From a virus (lineage: Duplodnaviria; Caudoviricetes), in IMG/VR virus record IMGVR_UViG_3300031134_000004, positions 160,655 to 224,654 of that record: a DNA stretch of 64,000 nucleotides; one strand, written 5' to 3'. This document shows positions 16,806-27,099 of the stretch, piece after piece. The position numbers and the translations under genes were made by a program. Positions within the stretch are counted from its first letter, which is position 1, and each line of letters starts with the position of its first letter. The notes below the pieces were generated by a model that saw nothing but the letters and a program-made list of their open reading frames with translations, was not told the DNA's origin and did no database searches.

Positions 16806-17732
16806 ATGGATATCTCTAAACTGCGGTTCTATTCTATCGGCACGGTTGCTGAGAATAAACTGCCGGGCAGTAACACGATTGAAGTCGTGGCATTAGAAGT
16901 AACGTCGTTTGTGGATGGGGAACTTACCAGTAACGTGGACATGAGTAAGACCAGTGCTACAGACGCCAATGGTGAATCGTACCAGTGTGAAGTAGAAACA
17001 ACGGTGACGTTGCCCGCTACGTGGTTAGCGATCGGGCAAAGTAACCGCTTAACCGCCCCTGACGTAGAGCGTGGTGCAACGGTGGTACTGTACCGCTTAG
17101 GAAATGACGACACCATCTGGTGGACGACACTCCAAAACGACATGCATTTGCGGCGCTTGGAAACGGTGATCTTCGGAATCAAAGCGACCAAGAAACTGGA
17201 CGAAGAACCTAACGCTAACAACATGTACTGGATTGAATGGTCTTCCCACAAGAAGCTCATTCACTTACACACATCCAAAGCCGATGGTGAATTTTGTACG
17301 TACGACTTCCAGATCGATACCAAGAATGGCAAGGTAGCCTGGCAAGACGACGTGGGTAATGAATTTTGCTTTGACTCGAAAGAGCGGCGCATCGAAATGC
17401 TCAATGCTGATGGTTCGCACATCGACATGAACAAAACGAAGATCCGCATCTTTGCCAAAGACCAAATCGACATCGAATCGAAAGTCATTAACTTGACAGC
17501 CGGTGAGACAATCAACGAGAAATCGAAGACGCACAACGTCGAGTCGACCAAAATCAATATCAAAGCGAGCACCGTGGCAAGCGTGGCAACGTGGAGTCAC
17601 AAAGGCACGATGGCATCGACCGGTATCATCAAGAGTGATGAAGATGTTAAAGCAGGCGACATCTCCCTTACAAAACACCGTCACACCGGTGTGCGTGGTG
17701 GTAGCGACACGAGTGCAGGTCCTGTGGCATAA
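16806..17732 (+). CDS. Baseplate central spike (gpV / phiKZ gp164-like)
   Basis: OB-fold-like N-terminus, beta-helix-like repeats, C-terminal ISLTKHRHTGVRGG with the HxH metal-binding apex. Confidence 0.85.
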   Translation: MDISKLRFYSIGTVAENKLPGSNTIEVVALEVTSFVDGELTSNVDMSKTSATDANGESYQCEVETTVTLPATWLAIGQSNRLTAPDVERGATVVLYRLGNDDTIWWTTLQNDMHLRRLETVIFGIKATKKLDEEPNANNMYWIEWSSHKKLIHLHTSKADGEFCTYDFQIDTKNGKVAWQDDVGNEFCFDSKERRIEMLNADGSHIDMNKTKIRIFAKDQIDIESKVINLTAGETINEKSKTHNVESTKINIKASTVASVATWSHKGTMASTGIIKSDEDVKAGDISLTKHRHTGVRGGSDTSAGPVA

Positions 17733-17773
17733 CGTCATAAGCCCCCGGCTCAAGTGGCCGGGGGTGTATGCCG
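17733..17773. terminator. Convergent CATA/TATG-flanked hairpin
   Basis: CGTCATAA-GCCCCCGGC...GCCGGGGGG-TGTATGCCG. Confidence 0.7.
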
Positions 17774-17776
17774 CCA

Positions 17777-18397
17777 TTAGCGGGCAGGAGGCAAACTCCT
17801 GATGAACGTTTCCAACTCAGCGATCTTTTCCTGGGCTGATTCGAGTTGTCGTTGGGCTTGCACGTACTTGGTGTAGTCCGTAATTACCACATCGATTTTC
17901 GATTGGCGGGCTGACTCGACGATCTTGGCTTGGTCAACGGTAAGCAGGGTTGGCAAAGACAACGCGACAAGCTGCGTAACAGCATCCACACCCAATAGTT
18001 CAAGTACATCGTCAGAGATCTTTTGTTTGACCACGGACAAGTCTTGACTATTAGGTAGCGCACCGAGCTTAATGGTGAGCATGAGGGCAGTGTATGGCAC
18101 ACCACCGACTTCTGGGTGACCCAAGATAAAGGTACTTGGCACTTGGACAGCATCGTAGCCTGCCGCTTCGAGTGTGACGATCGTAGCGTTGGTCGATGCA
18201 TCGCGTGCAAAGTCTTCATCGGTCAATCCATACGGGGTGTAGAACTGTTCTTGCGGATTACCACCACCACCTGTGATCTCCGAGAGCTTACGCAGCGCTG
18301 TGCATGCGTAAGACACTTGTGGCACCATGAGCGTATCGAACGGTGCTTTCAGTTGGTAGATTCCCGCCGTACCGTACGTTGGGATGAATTCGCTCAT
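17777..18397 (-). CDS. Conserved jumbo-phage hypothetical / virion protein
   Basis: 206-aa ORF, 4-nt overlap with upstream gene, C-terminal coiled coil. Confidence 0.7.
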   Translation of the reverse strand: MSEFIPTYGTAGIYQLKAPFDTLMVPQVSYACTALRKLSEITGGGGNPQEQFYTPYGLTDEDFARDASTNATIVTLEAAGYDAVQVPSTFILGHPEVGGVPYTALMLTIKLGALPNSQDLSVVKQKISDDVLELLGVDAVTQLVALSLPTLLTVDQAKIVESARQSKIDVVITDYTKYVQAQRQLESAQEKIAELETFIRSLPPAR

Positions 18398-19731
18398 TGC
18401 AACACTTCCACCGGCGCGGCTGGTGCGTTGAAGTTCATCTTAGCAGCCACGAGGTAATTGATGTTCTCGTAGCGTGCTGCCAGATAAAGCACACCGTTAC
18501 GCGTGAGCTTACTCATCTCCAGTGGGATGGACGTGTACTGCCCCATCTTTTCCGCTTCGATCAACATGCGGTGCAAGAGCTTGGCCCAGTTCTGCGTCTT
18601 CAAGCTCATACGGCCAAAGTCACTGCTCGTAGTCGAGACAGCAATGTAGTCCGAGAAGATATCGAGCAGCTCGTAGAGTTGGTCACGGTTGTCGACACTA
18701 CCGATCACTGCCAGAGCAAGCGATTTGAACGGATGGTGCGTCACGTTCAAGTGTTCATCAATATGAGCACCTGGGTAGCTCGAGACGACTTGCTTGATGA
18801 GTGCAGGCACGCTCTTCAAGTTAGTCGTTGGCGAGTGTATGCCTGCTTGCAACGTACGCTCAGCAATAGCGTAGTTGCGCCACATTGGCACGATGATGAA
18901 TTCCGTGCGACGGAACAAGTCCGGCAGGATCTTAATCCACTCTTCCCGCGTGCGGGTGCTGTTGGTGAGCAAGTGCTCGACGATCGCATCGTTGATGTTG
19001 TCGATGTTGTCGCCCGCAGCGCCGTAGATCAGAACGTGAAACGGTGCTTGTGCTTTGAGCCGGCTCTCGTACGGATCATGGTAATCGTACGATTCAGCGC
19101 GGATGGTCGTCTCTGGATAACCGCCCTTGGCTTCTTGCACAGCGTACATGACGTCGCGGGCAGTGCGGGCCGAGAGCATCTTGACCACATCGTCGCCGAC
19201 TTTGAAGAATTCTTCGAGGTTGTCCGTTGGGGGAATGACGACAATTTCAAAGCCATCATACTGACGACGAAACGCATCGTCGCATGTCCAGACCTTGATG
19301 TAGTTCTCACCAGTGATACCTGGAACATCGCGTGCTTTCCAAGCCACCGATTCAGGCATCCAGTAACCGTTGTTGTCCTCGACCATTTCGCCAAGTTCAA
19401 AGCTCTCAGCGCGGTCCGAGAACTTCAGGAGCAAACTGGCGTACAGTTCGTCCGTATAGAGTTCACCAGCCACAGCCAAGCTGCTGTCGTAGATGAACTT
19501 CAAGATACCAGCGATATGATCCACCTGCTCCTGGGTCAGTACCGCGTGCTCTGCGTTATTTGCCGTGGTGAAGGTGAACAACTCCATCTCCGCTGACAAG
19601 TTTGACTTGTAGATGCCTTTTTCACGGGCATAAGTCAATGCAAGAGTCGAAATTTCACCGAACGCTGCAACTTCACCGAAGGTGTTGTCAGCGAATCGGG
19701 AGTGAGGCATGAAGCCTTTAATTACCAACAT
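18394..19731 (-). CDS. phiKZ-like virion structural protein (putative)
   Basis: RBS GGAG before ATG 19731; IGEISxxxxTY-like and W...FPDLF.TEF motifs recalled from jumbo-phage virion proteins. Confidence 0.65.
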   Translation of the reverse strand: MLVIKGFMPHSRFADNTFGEVAAFGEISTLALTYAREKGIYKSNLSAEMELFTFTTANNAEHAVLTQEQVDHIAGILKFIYDSSLAVAGELYTDELYASLLLKFSDRAESFELGEMVEDNNGYWMPESVAWKARDVPGITGENYIKVWTCDDAFRRQYDGFEIVVIPPTDNLEEFFKVGDDVVKMLSARTARDVMYAVQEAKGGYPETTIRAESYDYHDPYESRLKAQAPFHVLIYGAAGDNIDNINDAIVEHLLTNSTRTREEWIKILPDLFRRTEFIIVPMWRNYAIAERTLQAGIHSPTTNLKSVPALIKQVVSSYPGAHIDEHLNVTHHPFKSLALAVIGSVDNRDQLYELLDIFSDYIAVSTTSSDFGRMSLKTQNWAKLLHRMLIEAEKMGQYTSIPLEMSKLTRNGVLYLAARYENINYLVAAKMNFNAPAAPVEVLQ

Positions 19732-19845
19732 GATTTCTCCTGCGATACGCACGATACGCTTGACGTAACGGTGCGTTTTCTGTTAGACAATTCGTTTCAT
19801 TATGGTTATAATGAACCTATAAAATACGTCGGAAAAAGGACTACT

Positions 19846-20328
19846 ATGTCACTTATTAAAATCTTCCTATTCATCTGGCCTTTCATTAAGGAAATGGTGC
19901 TGGGTGAAAAATCGATGCGTGAAGCTGCGCGCGATAACAAAATGAAAGTGTTGCTGGCCATTGTGCTCTCGTGCTCTTTGGTGGTGAACATCTTTTCAGT
20001 GAACCGGCTGTGGACGCTCTCGCAAGAGTATCTGGATTTGCGTAAGGAGCATGCGCTCTTGGACGGCAAATACAAGAAGATTGCTTCGGGTGAACACAGT
20101 CCCCTCAAACCTGTGGCAGCCATTCGACCACCGCAAGTGATTGATGAATCGCCTGACGCACCAGTTACAAAGAAGCCAGCTAAGAAGCACAAATCCAAAA
20201 AGACCACTCACACGGAACCGGAGGATATCGACGACATCAATGCTGAACGTATTCGTCAATTGAAACAAGACTTCGAGAAGATTAAACAACGTGAAGAAAG
20301 CCACAACAAAACTGTGGCCAGCCATTAA
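19846..20328 (+). CDS. Membrane-anchored coiled-coil protein (candidate i-spanin)
   Basis: RBS AAGGA; hydrophobic segment KVLLAIVLSCSLVVNIFSV, then helix, Pro/Lys linker and a second helix. Confidence 0.55.
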   Translation: MSLIKIFLFIWPFIKEMVLGEKSMREAARDNKMKVLLAIVLSCSLVVNIFSVNRLWTLSQEYLDLRKEHALLDGKYKKIASGEHSPLKPVAAIRPPQVIDESPDAPVTKKPAKKHKSKKTTHTEPEDIDDINAERIRQLKQDFEKIKQREESHNKTVASH

Positions 20329-20343
20329 TACGAGGAACTGATC

Positions 20344-20742
20344 ATGAAACGACCTTACGCAATTGCTTTGATGATTGTCGCGATGACTTTCATTAGTAGC
20401 TGCAATAGCTTTAACCACTACGTGCTGCCAAACACACCCACACCTACCATCATTGCACCAGCGCCTGCGCCAACGCACAATGTTGCTGTGGAGAGCAGTC
20501 TGAGTAAGCAGTGCGAGATGTACATCTTGCCTGCTTTCACGGGTACGCCGGATTTGCCGTTTGATGAAATCTTGGCAGCCGATAAGGATAACCCCAAGTC
20601 GCTTGACAAGATTAACAGCAAACATATCTCAGAACTGCGTGATTACATTGCGCGGTTTAAGTCCGACATCCGGGCATCGCACAACGAATACTTGCGTCGC
20701 TGCTACCGGGATCACGGCATTCGTTACCCTGGCGAGAAGTAA
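20344..20742 (+). CDS. Lipoprotein (candidate o-spanin)
   Basis: RBS GAGG; signal peptide II with lipobox ISSC, Pro-rich stretch after the Cys, two further Cys. Confidence 0.65.
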   Translation: MKRPYAIALMIVAMTFISSCNSFNHYVLPNTPTPTIIAPAPAPTHNVAVESSLSKQCEMYILPAFTGTPDLPFDEILAADKDNPKSLDKINSKHISELRDYIARFKSDIRASHNEYLRRCYRDHGIRYPGEK

Positions 20743-20800
20743 CGGCGCTTTTTTACGAGGCTGGCTCATCCTGTAGTTGACACTCATTGGAGAAGATTGC

Positions 20801-22408
20801 ATGGCTCAGGATACCATTTTGCCTACCGAAGTAACACAGGGCATGGTCGCATACACGGACGGCGGCGCACGTCCTACCAATCCCGGTTATGCGGGATCGG
20901 GCATTCACGGCTACCTGTATTTGGCTGAACCGCCAAAGAAACCAGCTGGCGTACCGGATCACATCGTGACGATGCGTGGCTACGTTGCCAAGACCGACGC
21001 ACAAACACAACCGAAAGCGGTGAAAGAAGAACTCGGCATCACGGGCGAGATGGCACCAGCACCGGGTGGCAAAGAACGCCGCAGTTACGACCGTATCATC
21101 GAAGTCACGCCAGTGCACTACTTCGACATCTACGCAGCTTACGACGACCCGAAGACGAGCAACAACGCGGCTGAAATGAGTGCGGCGAAGTTCGCCATGC
21201 TCCACGCGCTGGACTACGACGTCAAAGAACTGCAAATCCTCTCGGACAGTGAATATACCTGCAAGGGGATGAACGAGTGGGTCAAGGATTGGAAAGGCAA
21301 CAACTGGCAAAAGGCCAGCGGTGAAATTCCCAAGAACGTCGAACTGTGGAAAGAACTGGAAGAAGTGCGTGAGCGTCTCGTGCAACGGGGCATTCGTGTT
21401 CGCTTTAACTGGGTCAAGGCGCACACCAAGATCAGTGACGAACTGTTCCACCTCGGTAACAACATGGCGGACTGCTTGGCCACCATCGGTTGCATTGCTT
21501 CGATGCGCCTGCAAGAGTCGCGTGTGGTCAAGAGTGTTCGGGTGGCTGAAGGCTATTGGAAGTACAGTGTCGATAAGCATCCATTCATCTCGCATCGCCG
21601 GATGTATTTCAACACGATGCGTGAACACTTGATCCCTGGTGAATACTACCTGGGCGACCATGGCAAGGATGACGACCTGCTCGGTAAGCGCACGAGCGAT
21701 GGTTCGTTTGCCGTTGTCATGCTCGAACAACCCGATCCTGTTCTTGAAGGTTTGCGGATGTTCCAATCTGATCTGGCAGAAGGCACTGACCAGATTATCT
21801 TTGCCCGACTCGATTCACTATACCGGGCAGAGACGCATCGCCAACTGGCAGAATACGGTATGCTCGCTACCGAACAAGCCAACAAGTACCGTCTCGATCT
21901 GCGCTGCATTGACAAGGAACCGTTGACCCGTCAGTGCCAGCCAGCCAAGCTTGCCATGCGTGCTGTAGACTCAGTTAGTCTGCTCGCGGCAAAACTGCAT
22001 CAGTATCTGCGCGGTGACGCAAATGTCATTGTAACGAATCTGACGCCTATACTCTATGAGACCACCGGCAAAGTCAATAAGAAAGGGGAGACCCTAACTG
22101 AGATGAAGCTGAAGGCTGAGTACAACGTGGGTTACGCAGCCTTAAATGTCGACGCTTACTACGCTTGCGGTGATGTGAAGGATGAGCTTAAAGCAGCTCC
22201 CATCACGCTCACGCTTGGCATTGACATGCTGGATCGGAATTCTCTGAAACGGCTGGAAGATCGCAATCCTAAAGTATCCTTGATTACGTGGCGGGAATCT
22301 CCTACGGTTTTCCGTTACGCTACGGTTGTCGAATGTGGCAACGACAAAGGTATTTGGGCGGGCGTGTACTCCAACATGCGTGTGGTCTCGGAAAAAGTAG
22401 CGAAGTAA
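20801..22408 (+). CDS. rnhA: Ribonuclease HI with long C-terminal extension
   Basis: YTDGG, NNAAE, ILSDSEY, NVELW, WVKAH and GNNMAD motifs of RNase H. Confidence 0.92.
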   Translation: MAQDTILPTEVTQGMVAYTDGGARPTNPGYAGSGIHGYLYLAEPPKKPAGVPDHIVTMRGYVAKTDAQTQPKAVKEELGITGEMAPAPGGKERRSYDRIIEVTPVHYFDIYAAYDDPKTSNNAAEMSAAKFAMLHALDYDVKELQILSDSEYTCKGMNEWVKDWKGNNWQKASGEIPKNVELWKELEEVRERLVQRGIRVRFNWVKAHTKISDELFHLGNNMADCLATIGCIASMRLQESRVVKSVRVAEGYWKYSVDKHPFISHRRMYFNTMREHLIPGEYYLGDHGKDDDLLGKRTSDGSFAVVMLEQPDPVLEGLRMFQSDLAEGTDQIIFARLDSLYRAETHRQLAEYGMLATEQANKYRLDLRCIDKEPLTRQCQPAKLAMRAVDSVSLLAAKLHQYLRGDANVIVTNLTPILYETTGKVNKKGETLTEMKLKAEYNVGYAALNVDAYYACGDVKDELKAAPITLTLGIDMLDRNSLKRLEDRNPKVSLITWRESPTVFRYATVVECGNDKGIWAGVYSNMRVVSEKVAK

Positions 22409-22472
22409 CATTCCTTTAACCATTTGTATTGGGCACTCCTCGTAGGGGGTGCTCGCCCCCACAGGAGTATCC

Positions 22473-22895
22473 ATGACTATGTCAGGATTAAGTTGTGCCA
22501 TCAAGGGTTGCTTTGGCAACTTCTTGGAAAAGCACTTACCCAACCGCACTAAGCGGATGATGTTTATTGCTTCCCTTAGTGCACGTCTCAAAGGAACGGA
22601 AACTTTCGATAACATCACGCTGCTCAAACTCAATCAAGTAATGGCGCTGAGCAATACCGAATCAGCGCTGAAGTTGCCAGTCCAGCTAAGTCGCGCAATC
22701 TGGCGCGGGAGGTCCTCGTATGAGATCTTCAATGCCGATGTGCAGAAGGAGTCAACCCAACCATCTCGCATCAAAGACATGGCTGTACAGGCCGCTGGCA
22801 GCATGCCTGCTTGGCTGCGTTACGACAAAAACGAAGGCATCGAAGACGATGTCGTCCTTTTGCTCAACAACAGCAAAGTTGTTCTCGGGGTCTAA
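22473..22895 (+). CDS. Hypothetical protein
   Basis: RBS AGGAG before ATG 22473; ends at a hairpin. Confidence 0.7.
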   Translation: MTMSGLSCAIKGCFGNFLEKHLPNRTKRMMFIASLSARLKGTETFDNITLLKLNQVMALSNTESALKLPVQLSRAIWRGRSSYEIFNADVQKESTQPSRIKDMAVQAAGSMPAWLRYDKNEGIEDDVVLLLNNSKVVLGV

Positions 22896-22903
22896 GTCCC
22901 TTG

Positions 22904-22954
22904 CGTCATAAACCCTACCCGTGCCTCACAAGCATCGGGTAGGGTCCTATGCCC
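22904..22954. terminator. Convergent CATA/TATG-flanked hairpin
   Basis: CGTCATAA-ACCCTACCCG...CGGGTAGGGT-CCTATGCCC. Confidence 0.7.
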
Positions 22955-22966
22955 GTAAAACGGGAG

Positions 22967-23785
22967 TTACTTCTTGAACACGCCTTCGAAGTGCTCGATG
23001 GTGCGGTTCAGGGAATTGGCAAACGCTTCGACCTTGTAGTAGATGGCCGAGAAGAATTCCAGTTCGGATGCGATCTCGTAAGCACCGGATGCGAGGTTGT
23101 CAAACGACTGTGGGGACAGGTCGTCAAATTCACCACGACGCACCATCTCCATGATCTTTTCCAGCAGCAGCGTGCACTCTTCGACTTTCTTGTTGAGCAC
23201 CTTGCGATCCACGCCATTCATCAGGCGCATCATGTTTTCGCTGTTGGCAAAGATATGCTGCCAGTCGCCATTACGTTCGGTGACTTTACCCAGGGTCGAT
23301 TCAGCTTCGGTCGAACCCTTTGCGAAACACTTGCCCAGTTTTGCATTGTGCTTTTCGCGCTCAGCAGCCAGTTCCTTGTGCACCTTGCTCGAAGAGAGCG
23401 TCGAGAGACGTTGCTCTTTGTTCGTGACGATCTGGCTCAGGAACACCGTGTAGGCGGACATGGGGCCGGACAGGACACGCGAAGCATGCATGACTGCTAT
23501 TAGCAACTCGCTCGAATACTCGAAGTACGTAGCGTTCATGCCTTCTGGAACATACGCTTTGAGGGCGGAGATTTCCATGTAGGCGTGTTTGCCGAGCGAA
23601 CGGATGAAGTCGTTTTGCTTGGAGGTCAGTTTGATGCCCGAATCATTCGGGGAGAAATGATTGAAGAAGCCCTTGACTTCTCCGATGAACGAAGGGAAGG
23701 ACTTGGTCAAGAGCGCTTTGATATCCGCGCCGGACATTGCCTCAAGCGCGAGACGGTCGCGCTGGATACGAAGCGAGTTATTCAT
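22967..23785 (-). CDS. Putative internal head protein
   Basis: Helical protein of about 272 aa with an N-terminal ALE motif (phiKZ protease-type cleavage site); start uncertain (23785 or 23836). Confidence 0.5.
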   Translation of the reverse strand: MNNSLRIQRDRLALEAMSGADIKALLTKSFPSFIGEVKGFFNHFSPNDSGIKLTSKQNDFIRSLGKHAYMEISALKAYVPEGMNATYFEYSSELLIAVMHASRVLSGPMSAYTVFLSQIVTNKEQRLSTLSSSKVHKELAAEREKHNAKLGKCFAKGSTEAESTLGKVTERNGDWQHIFANSENMMRLMNGVDRKVLNKKVEECTLLLEKIMEMVRRGEFDDLSPQSFDNLASGAYEIASELEFFSAIYYKVEAFANSLNRTIEHFEGVFKK

Positions 23786-23908
23786 GGTAGAATCCAGAGA
23801 AATGTTACGTGATGAAAAATACTGCAATGATTGCACAACATAAAATTACTGAGTGGCGAAATTATTTGTAGAGGCCGCATACCGGTCGCCAACTAACAAG
23901 GAACTTTA

Positions 23909-24250
23909 ATGAATAAGCCAATACTACAAGGTGACGACAAGTACGACATCTTGCACGACTTCCCGGCCCACTATACTGTCCGCGCCGTGTATGTGAAAGA
24001 CGTTCGCTCCGAGTCGCATATCCCTGAAGATAAGATCCTCAAAGTCTTCACACGTTTTGAAGCTGACGTCGTTGCAGCAGACGGCAAGGAATACACGATG
24101 GTGTTTGACAACCTCGAATTCCTCAAGCACTTCCGTGTGTGGAAAGACAGCTACATCGTTATGTTCCCATTCGGCGACGTTCGCTGCATGGCAGCATCGA
24201 GTTTCCAGAAACTGTACGGCACGCCACCTGCGCCCGTTCAAAACCCATAA
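23909..24250 (+). CDS. Hypothetical protein
   Basis: RBS AAGGA, 113-aa ORF. Confidence 0.75.
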   Translation: MNKPILQGDDKYDILHDFPAHYTVRAVYVKDVRSESHIPEDKILKVFTRFEADVVAADGKEYTMVFDNLEFLKHFRVWKDSYIVMFPFGDVRCMAASSFQKLYGTPPAPVQNP

Positions 24251-24270
24251 GACGGAGTACCATCTTGCAC

Positions 24271-25860
24271 ATGCCCCAAATTAACCAGCTGCTGCGCCCT
24301 GTGCATCAAGCGGCACCTTCTATTAAGATCATGCTCAATGTCGGTGCATGTCTTGATATCCCAACCGGCGTCTTCCTTGAAGGTCCAAATGGCGAACACA
24401 TCTTAAATGGCGGCTTGGCCCCATTGACCGGCGTGGTCGGCATTGGCAACAACTTCAAGTCCACGCTCATGCACTACATGATGCTCACGGCAATGTCGCG
24501 TATGGCAGGTTCGACCGCTTCGACGTATGACACCGAAGTGAACATCCACGAGTGGCACTTGGCTGAGATGATCCGTCGTCAGATCGCCTTCTGCGGTGAA
24601 GATGTTCTCCAGACTTCGCGCTGGGTCATTACCGACAAGACGATGTACACCGGCGACGAGTGGTACAAGATGCAGAAGGACTTCCTCGAAAGCAAGATCA
24701 AGCACGCTGCCAAGATCGAAGTCATCACGCCATTCTGGAACCGCGATCGTTCGGGTCCAATGAAGATGCCAGTGCCAACGTTCACCGAAGTCGATTCGTT
24801 CACTGAGTTCGAAACGTCCGACGTCATCGACATGCAAGAACACGACCTGGGTGACTCGAAAGGCAATACCATCCACATGCGTCAAGGTCTGGCCAAGCTG
24901 CGCTTCTTGATGGAAGCCCCGCGTCTGAATGCCGGTTCGTACAACTACCTGCTCATGACGGCGCACATCGGCAAAGAGTCGACGATGCAAAACGCTGGTC
25001 CAGCAGGTTCGGTCCCAATCGTCAAGCTCAAGCACTTGAAGAACGGCGACAAGATCAAGGGCACGACCGACAAGTTCACCTTCATCACGCACAACTGCTG
25101 GCACTCGTACAACGCCAATCCACTGATGGCGGCAGACAAGAACGGCCCAGAGTACCCACGCGATGCAGACGACAAGGCAAAGCTCGATACCGACTTGAAC
25201 ACGGTCTCGGTGCGTAACCTGCGTAGCAAGTCCGGTCCATCGGGCATGGCCATTACGCTGATCGTCTCGCAAACTGAAGGCGTGCTGCCATCCTTGACCG
25301 AGTTCCACTACATCAAGGAAATGGGTCGCTTTGGTCTGGAAGGCTCAAACATCAACTACGCGCTTTCCCTGCTGCCAGAAGTCAAGCTGGGTCGTACGAC
25401 GGTGCGCTCGAAGATCGACGCCGACGCTAAGCTGCGCCGCGCTCTGAACATCACTTCGGAGATGTGCCAGATGGGCGAGATGTGGCATCACCTCGATGGT
25501 GACCTGCTGTGCACGCCTAAGCAACTGTACGATGATCTGAAGGCCATGGGTTACGACTGGGATCGCCTGCTCAATACGCGTGGCTGGTGGACGTACGACA
25601 ACGACAAACAGACCGATCCATTCCTGTCGTCGATGGACTTGCTGCGCATGCGTATGGGTTGGTATCACCCGTACTGGATGGAACTGCTGCCAGGCATGAC
25701 CGAGCGTCCAACCAAGGACAATCCAAACCCACTGGCAAAAGCCAACGGTGGTGGTCTGGATAAAGAAGCACTCGTGGCCAAGGCAACGGCTGACGCAGTG
25801 TTCGCTGCCATCCGCAACCGTGTCAAAGAGCAGGAAGCTGCTGAAGAAGAACTGGCGTAA
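24271..25860 (+). CDS. uvsX: UvsX/RecA-like recombinase (phiKZ gp152-like)
   Basis: LDIPTG, divergent P-loop GIGNNFKST, YDTE, Walker-B-like TEVDSF; RBS GGAG; strong codon bias. Confidence 0.8.
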   Translation: MPQINQLLRPVHQAAPSIKIMLNVGACLDIPTGVFLEGPNGEHILNGGLAPLTGVVGIGNNFKSTLMHYMMLTAMSRMAGSTASTYDTEVNIHEWHLAEMIRRQIAFCGEDVLQTSRWVITDKTMYTGDEWYKMQKDFLESKIKHAAKIEVITPFWNRDRSGPMKMPVPTFTEVDSFTEFETSDVIDMQEHDLGDSKGNTIHMRQGLAKLRFLMEAPRLNAGSYNYLLMTAHIGKESTMQNAGPAGSVPIVKLKHLKNGDKIKGTTDKFTFITHNCWHSYNANPLMAADKNGPEYPRDADDKAKLDTDLNTVSVRNLRSKSGPSGMAITLIVSQTEGVLPSLTEFHYIKEMGRFGLEGSNINYALSLLPEVKLGRTTVRSKIDADAKLRRALNITSEMCQMGEMWHHLDGDLLCTPKQLYDDLKAMGYDWDRLLNTRGWWTYDNDKQTDPFLSSMDLLRMRMGWYHPYWMELLPGMTERPTKDNPNPLAKANGGGLDKEALVAKATADAVFAAIRNRVKEQEAAEEELA

Positions 25861-25867
25861 TGCCAAT

Positions 25868-25892
25868 GAGCCGGGCCTTCGGGTCCGGCTTA
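25868..25892 (+). terminator. UUCG-capped hairpin after uvsX
   Basis: AGCCGGGCC-TTCG-GGTCCGGCT. Confidence 0.65.
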
Positions 25893-25909
25893 TTCCACCG
25901 GGAACTAAA

Positions 25910-26296
25910 ATGAATACCAAACAACCAAAATACAATACGGGTGACATTCTGTCTTCCAATGGCCAATTAGCTCTGGTCAAAGAGAACTGTGGCGAAGTGG
26001 AGATGAATTGCAGCTTCATTGAAGTCTACCAACTCGAATTCTTTGCGCCTGACGGCAAGACACGCATTGCGTATGTGGAACCGGAATTCGTGGAAAAGTT
26101 CTTCAAGCCAGCTACGATGGTCAACGGTCAACCATTACCGGCTGATGGCTGGAACAAAACTGCAGTCACGCCAATGCAAGTTGGTTGGGTCGTTAAACGC
26201 TGGAACAAACCGACCGGTCCCGTTGTCTGGGCTGGCTATTATAACGGCAGCGCCAAGTTGGCAAGCTGCGATGAGTGGCTCGCCCTCTCCCTTTAG
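25910..26296 (+). CDS. Hypothetical protein
   Basis: ATG 25910 after GGGA, downstream of a terminator. Confidence 0.65.
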   Translation: MNTKQPKYNTGDILSSNGQLALVKENCGEVEMNCSFIEVYQLEFFAPDGKTRIAYVEPEFVEKFFKPATMVNGQPLPADGWNKTAVTPMQVGWVVKRWNKPTGPVVWAGYYNGSAKLASCDEWLALSL

Positions 26297-26304
26297 GATC
26301 TATC

Positions 26305-27096
26305 ATGCACACCAAAGAATCTTTCCCTCCCAATAGCGACAGCGAATACGTAGCGCGGCTGCCGGAGAAGGACGAGAAGGCATCGACACTCGTTTCGGGT
26401 CAATACGTACCAGGCGTGGGTTTTGCTACCGTCATCGAATCAAATGGTCGTTTGCTCGAAGCAGTCTACCCTATCACGAGTGGCGACAGCATCCGTGAAA
26501 TCACCCGCGAGGATTTCGAATCCCGCTACCAACAACCGATCGACCCACTGCACCCCAAGTTCGGGTTCATGCAACGTATCCGTGAGGAGATCACGGGGAT
26601 CGTCTCGATCGTTCTGGGCTGCCCATCGGACAACTACGTGCTCGGTGAAACGCTGGAACCTGCGTACATCATCACAGAAGCACCAGGATCGGCTTGGGGC
26701 GATATTCAGATGCATCCCAAGAAGATCATCACGCAAAAGAAGATCGAGCGTGTGGGGGCTTACACGCTGGTTGAAGAGCGTGTCGGTAAAGGAAGTAATC
26801 CTGCCATTGAATACAAGCAAAGTTTCCCACTCGGTGTGAACAACCCGACAGAGACTGTGGATTTCTTGCAAAACGCTGGTAGCCTGAACCGTCAACAACC
26901 AACGTCGACCGGGGAAGCCCAACCTGTGAAAGCGCGCGGTATGAATAGCGCAATCTTCCACATCGACGACTTGGGCTTTGCTCCAGCACAAGGCATCACT
27001 CCGCCTCGTACTGACCCGGACGCCTACATGCGTGGCCACACCCCGATTGCCGGCATTCTTCAACCTATCGTCGCGGACGACCAAGCCAGCTATTAA
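26305..27096 (+). CDS. Hypothetical protein
   Basis: RBS TAGGA before ATG 26305. Confidence 0.7.
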   Translation: MHTKESFPPNSDSEYVARLPEKDEKASTLVSGQYVPGVGFATVIESNGRLLEAVYPITSGDSIREITREDFESRYQQPIDPLHPKFGFMQRIREEITGIVSIVLGCPSDNYVLGETLEPAYIITEAPGSAWGDIQMHPKKIITQKKIERVGAYTLVEERVGKGSNPAIEYKQSFPLGVNNPTETVDFLQNAGSLNRQQPTSTGEAQPVKARGMNSAIFHIDDLGFAPAQGITPPRTDPDAYMRGHTPIAGILQPIVADDQASY

Positions 27097-27099
27097 ATC

